A DNA stretch of 61,370 nucleotides, the filler included, from Bipalium vagum (taxonomy: Eukaryota), in NCBI GenBank assembly GCA_037834085.1. It is 3 parts of 3 records of this genome, joined end to end, with 100 filler letters (N's around TTAATTAATTAA, not from the genome) between each part and the next. Parts side by side here need not be neighbours in the genome. Positions count along the whole stretch, not along the records: positions 1 to 18,484 come from JBBMKC010027618.1; positions 18,585 to 44,185 come from JBBMKC010187627.1; 1 more part is not named here. The stretch is one strand, 5' to 3'. The translations under genes and the position numbers were made by a program. The notes under the pieces are model-generated. The model saw only the letters and a program-made list of their open reading frames with translations. It did no database searches and was not told the origin of the DNA. Below, one piece after another: positions 14,283-28,200 of the stretch (positions within the stretch are counted from its first letter, which is position 1; each line of letters starts with the position of its first letter).

Positions 14283-15000
14283 CAAGGTGTGTAAAAGGTA
14301 AGTATCCGATTTAAAAGCTCAGCAAAAATTTTATAATTAAATTAAATAAAACTGATTCAAATTTTTAATAAAATAGGACTTCTTAAATTTCAGGTAAATG
14401 TTTAATTGTTTAAATAAATTGAAATATAAATACCTAATATTTAAATTTCAGATAATGATCGATATTGATGAGCGCATTAGCATTGTATTACTTATGAATA
14501 AAATGAATTCAGTTACGTCTGTTAGGCGGTATTTGCAAAATTTAAAAATGCAAAATATACCAACAGCGAGAAGTAGGAGAAAGATCTTTGCAAAGTTTAA
14601 AGAAACAGACAGTGTTTTTGAAATTTCCAAGTCCGGAAGAACTTGACGATGGGAAAAAGGATAAAATTAGTAAAATCTATGATGAAATGCCTTATGCCTC
14701 AGTAAGAATTACTGTTAAGGAAGCTGGATGCAGTTATAAAACTGTACACAATGTACTGAAAAAAGAACTTTAGCTTTATCCAAAGATTCAAATGCTCCAT
14801 GAACTGCATGACGAAGATTATACTGAAAGAATAGCAATGTGTGAAACTCTAATTTTTCAGATCGAGAATGATGTATCATTTTTGGAAAATCTCATTTGTA
14901 CTGATGAAGCAACATTTTATGTAAATGCATATGTCCGAATTTGGGGCACTAAGCATCCCATAAAGTCACTGCAGCTCTGTTTGGATGGGTGTTCCAATAA
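14283..15000 (+). mobile_element. Decayed Tc1/mariner element of rosa (DD41D)-like type, 5' part
   Basis: TA|CAAGGTGTG terminus. Frameshifted ORFs 14398-15040 with KFKETDSVFEISKSGR, YPKIQMLHELHDED, ICTDEATF and VRIWGTKHP motifs. Confidence 0.7.
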
Positions 15001-17418
15001 TTGTATCAGTGTTAATGGAGGATCTGTTGAAAAATATTAAATTTGAATAAATAAATGATATGGTGTCAACAATTGCTTGTCTTATTTGAAATATATTTAG
15101 CAGTATGACAATTTAAAATCGGATACTTAATTTTTCCACAGCTTCTATATTGATAAAAATTATTTGTCTTAAAACGATGAATACCCATGATAAATACGGA
15201 AAGAGACCAAAATAAAAAATTATTGAAATTAATTTTTAATTCGTCCAAGAATAATTCTCACATATTTTGCAGTACATTTTTGTTACTGTTCAAAAATGAT
15301 TAATTATTCCAATTTGACAATAAATACATTTTAATTGGTCGAAAAAAATTAAATACTCTCGAATACTTTTGCTTAAAAGGTTTTAATAAGAGAAAAATAA
15401 TGTTTTTAACAAAAGGCCAAATAAATTAACGTCAAACAGGATTGAAATGATGTTTTCAGTTCGATGATTATCAACAATGGCCGGAAGTTGTATCCTTTTA
15501 GTATCCGGTTATCAAACACTAATTTTCTGAACAGATAAAGCCAGAGGAAAACCAGATTCAATCTAATTTGATATCAGAATATAAACTGATACAGTTGAAA
15601 TATTTGGATTCAGTTCTCTCCACCCATTAATAAACTGTTGAAAAAATAATGCATTCCTCGACTCAAAATTTAATCCCATGATACAGAAGATCAGTTCATT
15701 TCATGTAGAAAGGGGTAGGCCAGTTATCACGACATCATTGAACCCTTCCAGTACGCTTTGTCTCATTCATTTCGTTCAAGTGACGTGCAGTAATGTTTTC
15801 ATTTTAAATTGTACTCTGCTTTTTGAAAAATTGGGAAATAATGGGTAATTTGAACTAATCTCCTTACACGGGTCTTTATATCAATAAAATTTCTGGATTA
15901 CATTTCTAAATAACCATATGAACAATTACTAGTAATGAAAATGCTATTATGTAACTATTTCATTCTCTCTCAAAAATGAAGCTATTTGTAGAATTTATTT
16001 ATTAAGAATGACTGAATCTTTTATTTCTTGTTTCCTTACCTCTGAGATTATTAATATTTTTTATTTTTTATTTCATTCATTTTTAATATTATTTTTCTCT
16101 CAGCTCAATGTAGTCAGTATATTCCGGTTTACCCACTCTAAAAATTAAATTTTACACTTCTTACAAGATCAAAGTGAGAAAGTGTTTGAAACTAAAGATA
16201 AAACTCTGGCTATATTCTTTGTCGAAATGATACCATCCGTGCTTCATCATATCTAATTATTTTTGTAATTCTTATATAATTCGTCATTAAAATAATGAAG
16301 AAAAAACTGTGACAAAAAAAAACCCAACTTTTATTTTATTCTTATTGAATATTTATTGATAAATCTTGATATTTCGTTGTTCATATCTTTAGGTTTGTAA
16401 TTCATAAATATATTCCAGCAGGAATACTAAATTCAGTCCTGGAACATGTCCTCGGGCAAAGGACACCTCATTATCCAGGACAAATTTAATTTTTGGGGCA
16501 TTACTTAAAAAGTCCGATTTTTCTAAATTGGCTATTGATCTAATAGAAATAATATAAATCTCGAATGCCCCAAAATGTAAATCAATTTAATGATTAACAT
16601 TTGATGGTTTTAAACATTGTCAATTTAAATAATGAAAGTTTTGTTGACAATTCTCCTTGTGTGCCTCATTTTTTTAAACATTTATTTAAAGTAAAAAATG
16701 TGTTTAAATGTTTTTATTAAATAATCAAGATTTCAAATTGTATTTCAAACTTTAAATATTAAAACAAAAACAAAAAAATTTAATATAAAAATTAATCATT
16801 CTTTTTTACTTAATTCAAAACCCACGATATTTAACCTTCATTTATTATTATTAAGATTGTAAAGAATAGAATTTCTTATTACCTTTCATGATGTATATCA
16901 AAGCCCTCGATTCGTAGTACCGTAAATAATAACAAGAAAACCACAAAAGGCGGCAATCACTTTACCTCATGATGGAAATGAAGTGAAAAAAACGGAATTT
17001 ATGTTTAATCAGCTCTGTAAACTTTTCCATTTGCGGCTTCATCTTCAATACGTAATATTTTAAAATATTATTTATTTATTTAAGCTGTTGATCAGGTGGC
17101 AATATTTGCATCTAAACTAAACGTGTGCAAATATAGTCTGTTGAATCGAGAACTGTACTTCCACATTCCCTTAGTTTTATTTCCATCTTTATTTACTATA
17201 TTCATTCTTCATACATCTTTGATCTAGGCAGAAACCTATTGTTCATAATTTATTGTCGCGTCAGAGATAATTATTGTCGAAAATTTTCTTCTACAGGTCC
17301 ATATTATTATATTGATGTTTTCTATGCGACAATAGTCAACGATGGGTCGTGTGCGGTTCGGGGGTTATTGAGCGAATCGGTTTGGGCTCATTTAACGACC
17401 CGAGAACCCATCATCATC

Positions 17419-17760
17419 AAAGCGGGGAGGTGTTCATTTATTTATTTTTCTTCTCTTGTCTTTAAATGAACTATTATCATTTTAATTAATTAACAATTTG
17501 ATTAATTATTACATTGTGATTGTGAAATTAACAATTTCATATTTATTGATTATTTATTTCATTTTTGGTGAAAATTGAGTTATTTTTGGTTAAAGTTGTG
17601 ATCGATTTGTTTACTGTGATCATTTGTTATACATGTTTACTTTTGGACATTTATTTCGATTGTGTTACAAATAGTTTAATTTTGATTTGACTCAATTCCA
17701 TTCGACCACGTTTTAAAAATAAATGAAAAAGTAAGTAAAACCACCAGCTAAGCGTTACAC
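17419..17760 (+). mobile_element. Probable 3' end of an LTR retroelement (PPT + LTR)
   Basis: Purine tract AAAGCGGGGAGG directly followed by TGTT at 17431, AATAAA near 17718, and a CA end near 17758. Confidence 0.4.
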
Positions 17761-18484
17761 AGTGTTCATAGTATTACGATAGTATAAAACGCAACATACA
17801 CAACATTCTCACAGTATTAATTAGTCCCCTATAGATTAAAAAGGCTTAATATGTTGAAAAGATGTATGATACTCAAATCTCCAAACACTGAACTTAAAAA
17901 TATAAGACAATCACATAAATTTAAAAAAATCATAACAGCTTAATTCAAGCTCACTCGTGCATTCAACCGTTCATTTTTAAATAGGAAATGAATTCCATTG
18001 AAAATATCAGGTAATAATTGATTAAATAATTAATTTTTCCTGAGAAACGCACTTTGTCAGAATTGGTATCACTGACCAGCAATTATCCTTCACTGTGGCA
18101 GCAACATTGGAAAATATCAATAGTGAAAATGGAAGAAATCGTTAAGAATTTTAATAAATGCGATAAGGTGCTGTACCTTATCCAGCGGCATTTGTATCCC
18201 TGCCAGTTACACTTTCATCAACGGAAAACCCCCGCAAAGACATTTAGGAGGAATTTCTACTACCAAACATGAAACCAGAATGGAACATATTTAATCAATG
18301 TCAGAAATGTAATTAATTATAAATCTATATATTTTGTGTAAAGAAAATCATTTTTAATAATTTTGCACTTATTTTTTTTCATTTTGAAATTTTAATTTAA
18401 TTTTATTAAATTAATTTAAATTATTTTTTATTTAAAATAATAGGTTATCATTAGTAAATAAATATAAAATTAGAATATATATAA

Positions 18485-18584
18485 NNNNNNNNNNNNNNNN
18501 NNNNNNNNNNNNNNNNNNNNNNNNNNNNTTAATTAATTAANNNNNNNNNNNNNNNNNNNNNNNNNNNNNNNNNNNNNNNNNNNN
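18485..18584. other. Artificial 100-bp contig spacer (44 N + TTAATTAATTAA + 44 N)
   Basis: Six-frame stop linker embedded in Ns; same structure as 44186-44285. Confidence 0.95.
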
Positions 18585-21500
18585 AATATAAATTCAAAGT
18601 ACACAATAAAATATAATTTTGAATTAAGCATAAAATACAATTTCAGTTTCAAGCTAAAAAGGGATCACTAAAAAAAGGTTACACATAAATCACAAATATG
18701 TTTTGTCATGATGTCAACACAAATTATAAATATTGTCAATCTTTGGGTTTTTCATGGAACCATTGAACTGGGAACTCGATTGCTTTGAATTTGACGTAGT
18801 CTTCACTGTACATTTTAAAAAATTTTGAGAACGGAGGTATGAGGAGACTAATTACACTTAGGGAATTTTTTAATTATTTATTTTAATTATTGTAATTATT
18901 TTAAAAATTAATTATTATAAATTTTAATATGTACGTGTATACTAGTTAATATTTTAAAATATTTAAAAAATATGTATGAAATTTCAAAAGGAAACTTATT
19001 TTTAAAAAGAAGATTTTCTGGGTCTGAAAAAAAATTTTTAAATATTAGTTGTTTTATCAATTAATAAATTTATTCAAAAATGACTTAATTTTGAGAGTAA
19101 GCTAATTGATATTAACATGAAAATAATTAGTTAAAAGCAATTGACTTTCACATTTATTAACAAATTTTTCTTTTATTTATTTGTCAAATCAATTATTGTT
19201 GATTTAAAATTTGAATCAGATCTGATCAGAGTGAGCCCAATATTTTGGTTAATGTTTTATTAAATATTCACAATGTTATCAAAAGACCATCCACGATAAC
19301 AGCAGTGATTTCATTGTTGAGATTGATAGGTTTAAAATAAAAATCTGATTATTACAATCAATCGTTTCATAAATTTTAGCTTGACAATCATCACATTGGA
19401 AAAATCGATATTATCATAACTTGACTCAAATCTTGAGAGAAAATTATCCAAAGATGACAATGTCTTACTTTTACTTTCAGCAATTCTTTAACTGACTTGA
19501 TATGCTTAATAGGAAAACTATTTTAAGCCAATCAAGAAATGTATAAATACTTTATTCACTTTCCCTCATACATATTCCAGTTCTGATAATTTTTATTGTC
19601 TTTTTGTGGATGAATCCAAAGAAACATAATAGCAGAAATAAATTTTTCGGTTATATTACAATTCCAATGTCAAAATTATAACCGCAATTAACCTGTTACT
19701 GGTTTTAACTAAAAAAATATTATTTTACTTTATTATTGTATTATTTATATTTCTTTAATGCTTTGATATTTAAAAAGAAAGTTGTAACATATTTATAGAC
19801 TACTACGTTTAGTTTCGGAACAATGGTGAGAAAAATAATTAATATCATCAACTAAAACCAGGGTTCATGGATAAGATTACATCTTAAATCGCCTTATTTT
19901 TATTAGCCACTATTTTGTCATCTGAAATTGAATAGAAAATAACTTCAGAGATTTAAGGTTAGTAAATTATACTTCACCAAGATTACTCAAAATAACTATT
20001 GATTTAGTTTGTACAACTTTCCTTATTCGTTTTAATTAATCAAATGTTTGATTTCTTTATCATCTATCCAACTCAGATTTAATATATTCTCTCTTAATAT
20101 CAACGACGCTGATTTTGTTATAGTTGACTATAATATTAAATACTGCGATTTGAAAATATCCCTTTTTTAATGCTAATTTTAAAGTTCAGTGAACTTTAAT
20201 ATTTCTTCTAATAACCTATGCAAATAAGATAATTATTATCTTTTATTTCACTTCGTTCTTATTTTTAATTATAGTTATCACAATTAATACTTATTTGAAA
20301 TTTTATGTTTTTGATAATTATATTGCGAAAACAAAAATATCTTAATAGATTTTTTAATGTTAATATTTCGCGGTGAGCGTGATTTTATACTGTAATAAAT
20401 TTCATTACTGTTGATAAACTTAAAAATAATCAGATATCTGATAGTACACAGTAGTGTCAATGTCCGAATATAAGGTCAAGAATATGTCATTCCTCCTCGA
20501 AAACTTCATTATTTATTTGGTTAAAATGATAATTAATAAATTTTAATTTAAAACAATCACAATGAACTTATTATTAGATTTTTATTTTTCATTCTTTAAT
20601 GAAAGGAATCTATATAACAGTTTTTAAAAAAAATTGTAAAAACTCTCATTTGTTTTTGTATGCTTTTTCATTAATTATAAGAAATATTTAACAACTTGAA
20701 TAAAGCTATTTTGTTTTAATTATTATTGTCCTTGAAACCAAAACAATAATATATTGAATGTTCAAATTGTTAGAAAAAAATCCAGACAAAGTATATGATA
20801 GAGGTATACCTTATCACACTGAGAATTCAAATTTTATATCCAAATATAATTAAGAATTACAGCTAAAACTCGAAGAATTTTCCAGAGATTGTTTCATGTC
20901 TTCAGATCATACAAGTACTAGAAGTGAGAAAATTATTGGTAAATGATTTTAATTTTTTGGAATCAAATATACTAAAATAAAAAAAGATTAGTATTATAAA
21001 CATTTAAGATTATGAATTTATCATCAAAATGTCTAGAAACGTGTAAGCTAACGTGAAAATTAATTAGGCAGTGTTACTTAACGACTGGCTTATACAATAA
21101 AATGAATTAGTTTCAATGAATAAATTAATTAAAATAAAGTCATTTTAGTTGTCTTAATAAAAAATTTGTTTGAATTCAGCTATTTTGTCAAAAATGTTAT
21201 AATAATAGATAAATCTTAAATTAGCCTGTGCATTATCTTCCAAAAATAGTATGAGACGAGTATCATCAGAATGAAACCTCTAACATTCTTTGGTGTGCTT
21301 AGTATGTGTATTATATAATTGCTAAATAAATTAAAACACTTCAAAGGTATTTTGTGTACTTACACAATATAAGAATGATATTAAATGAGCCAAAACCAAA
21401 CTCCAATTGATAACTATTATAAATATTTTTCTGATTCAACTTGTGATTCAGGAGCTTTGTTAATTCTCAAAAATGTTTGATTCTGTCTCTGAAATTTCTA

Positions 21501-24500
21501 TTACCAGTATATTACATACTTTGTTCTGAATTAATCGAGGAGGCGGTCATGGTTTTTTATTACTGTTTCAGATAATGAATTTTTTGTGTACTCCGCTAAT
21601 TTTATAGAAAGTACTTTTAGATAAGTCTAACATTATATTAGTTAGGTAAAAATAAACTCAAGTTATAAAAATTATAATTTTTAAATATAAATATCAATCG
21701 ATTTTGCTTCTTCTAAATTGCAATGTCACTCAGCACAAATATTTCGAAGTACTTAATTCTAAATTTATTTTTATATTTGTAAGTTCTTTAAAAGTTTTTA
21801 TATTTTTGACACTAAAATGAAATATGTCAAAAAAACTGAAATTTTTATCTCCAAAAAAAATTCAGGAATCACAGAAAATTAATTAAAAATTTTAAATACT
21901 TCAATGAAGTGAAAAGATTGACAACTTTAACAAATAATTTGTTTTTTCATTTTTGTGGAACTAGATTTTCCGGTAATTATCATTTGCAATAATTAGAAAT
22001 GTGTTTATTTACAGAATGGATTTTAAATTAAATATTATTTAATGCGGTTTCTAATTTTAATTTAAAATCTATCGCCTACGATAATTATTTTGTCGTGCCT
22101 ATTTACATAAAATTGTCAATTAATGACAGAAAAAAACATTAGTAAAAGAAGTTTTAAAAATAGTCTAGCTAAGATTTTATTTAATTTCTCTATGCTTTTT
22201 ATAACTTAAGGGAACTAAGAATAAAGAAAAATTCTATTATGAAAAAAATAGTGATAATTGTATCCTACGTAAAATAAGCAAAAGTAATTACTTAAATATA
22301 TGCCTTGTTGTGTGTATTGTGCGTGTGTGCATGCATGTGTCGTTACGCAAGTGAAAAGTAAAACAAAAATGTTCAGATAAGGCGCGTCGTTGTCTCCGAC
22401 TTACAGTGACTCACTAATCATGCAAGTATGCACACGCACACATTCAAATATCAATACATATTAATATTCTTTCTTCGTTGTTATTATTAAAAGTGGAAAT
22501 ACATGATCTGTGAAAGAGCGATGAAAATGTTTTTTAAGTAAATTTCACAATTTTAGAGTTTTAGTTACTTTTTTGTTCAGGATTTTGGTTTATTAGTCAA
22601 AATTTATATTATTTATAAATCAGTCAGTCAAAGGATTTTTCGTATTTATTAACTGTTTAAGACGACATATTTTGATGCAATTTAAGTACTCATGTGTAGA
22701 AATTGAAACCACGGAAAATTCCAAAAACAAAAATTCTGCCTCTGTAAATGAATTCACTAGTAAGATTTCAGTTTTCAATTTTATTTTCCTTCTTGAAGCT
22801 GAAATTGTCATTTAAAAATCGTCTCTTTAAAATTTGTTTGGAAAAGGAGATAATGATGAAAAAATTATGAATTTTATCTTCTAATTTTGGTTTTTCTATT
22901 TGTATTGATGCATTATTTTTCTGTTGGAAAATGATATTTGAAATGTTATCAATTTCAAAAATTTTTTTCTTAATGTTTTATAAAATAAAATTTATTTTTC
23001 AAAATATGGGGTTTTTAATTCAAAATTAAATTTCTTGAAAGAATTTTTTCAATTTTATGTTTTTTGAATCTTTTCTCATATTTTTATGAGATTTTATCGA
23101 TTTCAGATATTTTCCCACTCGTTTTTTGGTAAAATAAATAATTCATTATTTGATTATTTTTAAAACGTTTGAAACATGGGCTATCTATTTCAACATTCTT
23201 TCAAGATTTTTATTTTTATCTTTCAGAGAATTTTTATAAATTTTTTTTGAAAGAATAATTTTGATTTAATTTCACAAAAATTATAACTTAATATGAAACT
23301 TAGTATGAAAATAAGTTTTCATCTTCTCTTAATTTTTAATGAATGAAATTTTTTTGTATTAATGTTTTTAATTTTGAAAATGTTTTCTGAAACACGAACT
23401 TTTATTTTCAACGAAAATGATTGTCAGTAAACATTTCCATTTGGTAACAAAATGTAAAGAAAATTTTTGGCAATGAGCCATTTTAATTTTATGCTGTTCA
23501 CAATCTTGAAGGCATTGATCAATTAAGGCCAAGTTTTATAACATTTTTGACAGGCTTTGCTTTGTGAAAACAGTAATGAAGCCAAACTTTGTTTTTGCTT
23601 ACTCTTGATTGAGCGTATGCTATGTGACATAACTGTTTCAATTTATAAACAGCTATTCTCTTATATTAATTAAAAATCATCTTGACCAGTTTTTGTCGCC
23701 AGAATATATTTCGATAATATTGACATAAAAATAGAAATAAAATTTATTTTAAGATAAATTGAAAAAAAAATAAAATCATTCACTCTGTTTTGCAACAATG
23801 TTGATAAGTAGATTGCTGTCTAAACAATGGTCAAAACAATTATAGTCGGTTTAATCTTAGAAATATTAGTTTTTGTCTTTCAATCTGTGATCTTTCGAGT
23901 AATTTTTTTTTAAAAACTTATTTATTTCTAGTTTTTTTTTATTATTTTTATTTCTTTTGTAACAACACTATGTATTTGAATTGAGTTTTGATTGAACCAC
24001 ATGTAATAATCGGGATCATTTTTGATTTTTTTCAATTTAAAATAATTTTTATTTTTTGATAAACTCTTAACATATATATAGTGTAATTTTCTATTTTGGT
24101 ATTAATATTATGGATTTTCATTTTACCATATTAAATATTTAGAAAATCTTAATAATTTTTGGAAAAGGTTAAAATCTTTATACATAGACGTAGATTCTTT
24201 TCAACATTAAATTTTTTTCCTGAGCCACTGCTGTTGTTATGAGTCGTGTATATTTTTTAATTCCGAATTTATTAATTTAAACATACATATTAGGTCAACG
24301 TTTTTTTATTCATAAGTTTTGGATTATATATTATGTAATCTCTTTGTATTGTAATATATAATGATAATATTCAAGACAATGTTGTCCTTGAAAATATTTC
24401 ACAAAAAAACAGTTTTAATTATCAATAAAATATCACTACAATTACCAGAAGAAAGACAATAATAAATATTCTTGGAAAAATAAAATTTCTTAGTCAATAT

Positions 24501-25257
24501 TATCAAAATCAATAAAAATATAACTATTTTTTCTATATAAAGTATTGGAAAGTTGTCCTTGCCAAGATTGACTATTTTTAATTTAATGGATTTCACATTA
24601 ATTTTTTCGTTCCGTGTCAGAGTTTTCATTTAAAAATAAATACATCAAAATTTTATGAAAATGCAATCTTTAAAAAAAAAGATTTTAAAAAAAGATCCAA
24701 CTTTTGACATTTTAACCCTAATTTACTCAATAGTAAATGAATATTTTTCCAACTAGGATATTTAATTGAAGTTAAAAATGCTTTAATTTGTTTTAAGGTC
24801 ATCTATGTCACTTGTTCTATATCACACTAATATTTGTTTATTAATAATTAATAATTTTTGTCTCATTTTTATTCTTGTTATGTTGGAAATTTAACAAAAT
24901 AATTCTTTTTGATATATCTTCTTAAATTCTTAATTTTAATTCTGTGAAAGACAGGAAAAATAATATATTTTCAACATCTGATATGTAAATAAGAATAAAG
25001 TAGCACATTATTATTTATTTTAATCGTTATTAATTTTTTGATAGCTATGGAAGTTTCTTATTGGTGAGATAACTTGTAAAGTTCATAGTTCATCTATATT
25101 TGTTCAATTCGATATTAAAAAACTAAAAATAACGTATTAATTAAAGAGTTTTACTAAGCATCTCAGTTAAATCAGTTTATCAAATTTAATTAGATGACAA
25201 TTTTCAATTTCATTACATCTTGTTTGAAATTAAATTGTATACATCTCTTCACTCCAG

Positions 25258-28200
25258 GATCTCCTATTAATCTGGAAGAGTTTGTAGAAAAATGCTGGAA
25301 TTCACACAATACAATTGATTTTCAACGTGGAATCTCTAATGAAGCTGAAGACAATTTGATTTTAACGAAACAGTTTCTGAAAGACAGTGGTACGTCAAGT
25401 CTGAGCTATGATGATCAATATTTAACGCTTGAGCAAGATAGTCTAATGCCATGTAAATCACAAATATCTGTTAAAAATATGGTCCAGCATTACACACAGT
25501 ATTCAAATGGTCACTTTAAATTGGAATTGGAACGTGAAAAATGGTATTTGGTTGTCCGAGAATTGATTGAGACGGAAAAGGTTTACCTCAATAGTCTTGT
25601 TGAAGTAGAAGATGTAAGTATTTTTCGATATGTTGATACAATAATTACTCAATATATTAATGAAGATAATTAAAACAAATAATGATTACTAGTCCTGTTT
25701 CACATTTTGCGATTGAAAATATGACCCATGTAGAAAAATAAAAATATTGAATTCCTCATAGAAAATATAAGCTTCGTTTCTGAATTGGGCTGTATGCAGG
25801 TCACTTAGTTACATTCTCAAGAAATATTATATCATGATTATTAACATTTAACAGTTAAATGAAGATGTGCAGCATAATTAATTAATAAATTTATATTGGC
25901 ACAAAATTAGTTTTAAATAATTCTCAGTAAATTTCTCTAAGAAAACAAAAACTTATTTATTTTAACAGTTCCCTTTTTGATAAAATCAATTATTCTTTGA
26001 ATTTATTTTAAACTTGATTTAGATTTTTGTTAATTTTTTAAATTAAAAACTTAATAAAAAACAATTAATTTTATTGATTAATAATTAATTGTAATGAATC
26101 ATTCAATTATTATTGATTTTAATATAATTTTACATTTTAATCGAATTTTCTCTAAAATCTTCAAGTTAATATATCAAGTGTATTTGAACCCTTTTCGGTG
26201 TTGTATACTCATTTTTGTTTAGGGTTACCTAAAGGTACCGAATACTTTATTCATTGATCTCGATGAAGTGGCGACTATTTTCTCAAATTGGAAGAAGTTG
26301 CGAGAATTTCATTCGTAAGGCATTTACTTTTAATTAATAAAGCTTACTTATATATATTTTTTACTCATTTAAAGTGAAATCTTGAAATTACTTAAATTTT
26401 ATTATCACTATCATATAGTATTATTATCATTATATTTTTTCTATTAAAATAGTAAACAAAGTTCCTGTTAACATTTTGTAAATGGTGAACAAGATGTCTA
26501 ATTTATCATTAAAAATGCCATTATATGGAATGTATGGCATTTTAAAACAGTTTGAAAATATATTTTGATTTTCTCGGAATTGATTTAATTTTTAATTTTA
26601 TTAATTTATGAAGAATAAATTAAGAAAAATACCTGAAAAATTCATCTTTATCTTTTTTGTGTATATCAGATTATTTATGAAAATTAGAATGAAATGGAGC
26701 AATTTTTCTCCAAAACATCCTATTTGGTTCGGATATTGGGAAAATTTTTTACAGATTATTTTTTATTGATATATTCTAAAGTCGATCTCTTTGATGAAAT
26801 TACAGCATAAATTCATAAAATAAAAGTTGGTTATAAAATTTGAGGGAGAATATTTTTAATGAATAAAATAAAAAATTCAGGTCACAATATTTCATTTATG
26901 TCACATTATTTTTTCAAATATTCTTAAATGATTATGAAATTTAATAATAAACAATATCATTGGTTTTGTTTTCTTAGATGTGAAATGGTACAACATATTG
27001 GACCTGTTGTGTTTATGAATAATTAATGAATCAATTATCATTCCAAGTTTTGAATAAAAATTATATTAATGCACGTTTCAGAGCGAACTCTTAGTACGAA
27101 AAGATTTATATAAAACTTTTAGTAAGTGAAACAATTATTAATGTGCTTGAACTGTAATCAGAATAATAGATAGTAATAGTCAATAAATGAATATAAAAAT
27201 TAAATTCAAAATTCAACTAGCCTTAATGATTTATGGTGTTATTGTAAACCTAGTTAAAAAAATATATAATTAAAATTAATCTTTTTTTAATTGTTCTTTG
27301 TTCTTGAAGGAATTTTCTGAATCATATCTGCTCTGTCAAACCATATGATTTCAATGGCTTACAGAGACTTTCTGAATGTTTCAACGAAGAAGTGGATCAA
27401 TTTGAAGCCCTTTACACGGAATACTGTACTAATTATTTGCAGTAAAATATTTCTAATTCAACACTTAAATTATCTTGCATTTTCTAGATCCGTTAAATAC
27501 CTGCATCATATCGAAATGACGTCTTCAGCTACATGGAAAAATCTCATTCAGTGCCAAACCGAACTTGGTCATCAGCTACCATTGAGTACATTCCTTTTAA
27601 AACCTGTCCAGAGAATATTGAAATATCATTTAATGTTAAAAGTTAGCTTTATTATTTTTAGTTTTTTTAATTCAGAGATAAAAATGTTTAATGGAACATA
27701 TTTTATTGATTTTTAATCAGATAGCAATTATCAGGGTTACTAAATAGATTTTAAAATTTTAAAATATTTTTTTCGATAAATTTATTGTAAGAATATTGAT
27801 GTTAATACAATTACGAATGAGTTCTGTTTTAATGATAATAATTTTTCAACAGACTTTTTCAATGCAGGTGTAGTTTTTTATTGAATATTTAACATTTTAT
27901 TTCAATTTCTAGACATTAATTCCCCTAAAATTAAATGTCATCGTTGGCAATGCCTGGATCAGTTTGGAGAATTTATATATAGAATATCAGAGAAAAACAG
28001 ATTTCTAAAAAATATTTTTTTAAAAAACCTGAATAATAAATATCATAAAATATTAGGCGTACAAGTTAAAAATGACTCTTTTTAAGAGTGCATAAATGTT
28101 TATTTTCAAAAAACTAAACATGTTTTTATTCAAAGTAATTTCCATCGCTATCTACAATTTAGGCCCATTTATGTGCACATTATATATAGTAAGATTTTAA

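Noticed and set aside
20890-20910. Minus-strand CTGAAGA-CAT-GAAAC hammerhead-like core (similar CTGACGA...GAAA near 41037)
   Set aside because: There is no room for, or pairing of, stem II and no convincing stems I/III.
27082-27121. Candidate extra RhoGEF micro-exon (CAG...GTAAGT)
   Set aside because: It has an in-frame TAG in the required phase, and exons 26223-26314 and 27310-27441 join cleanly without it.
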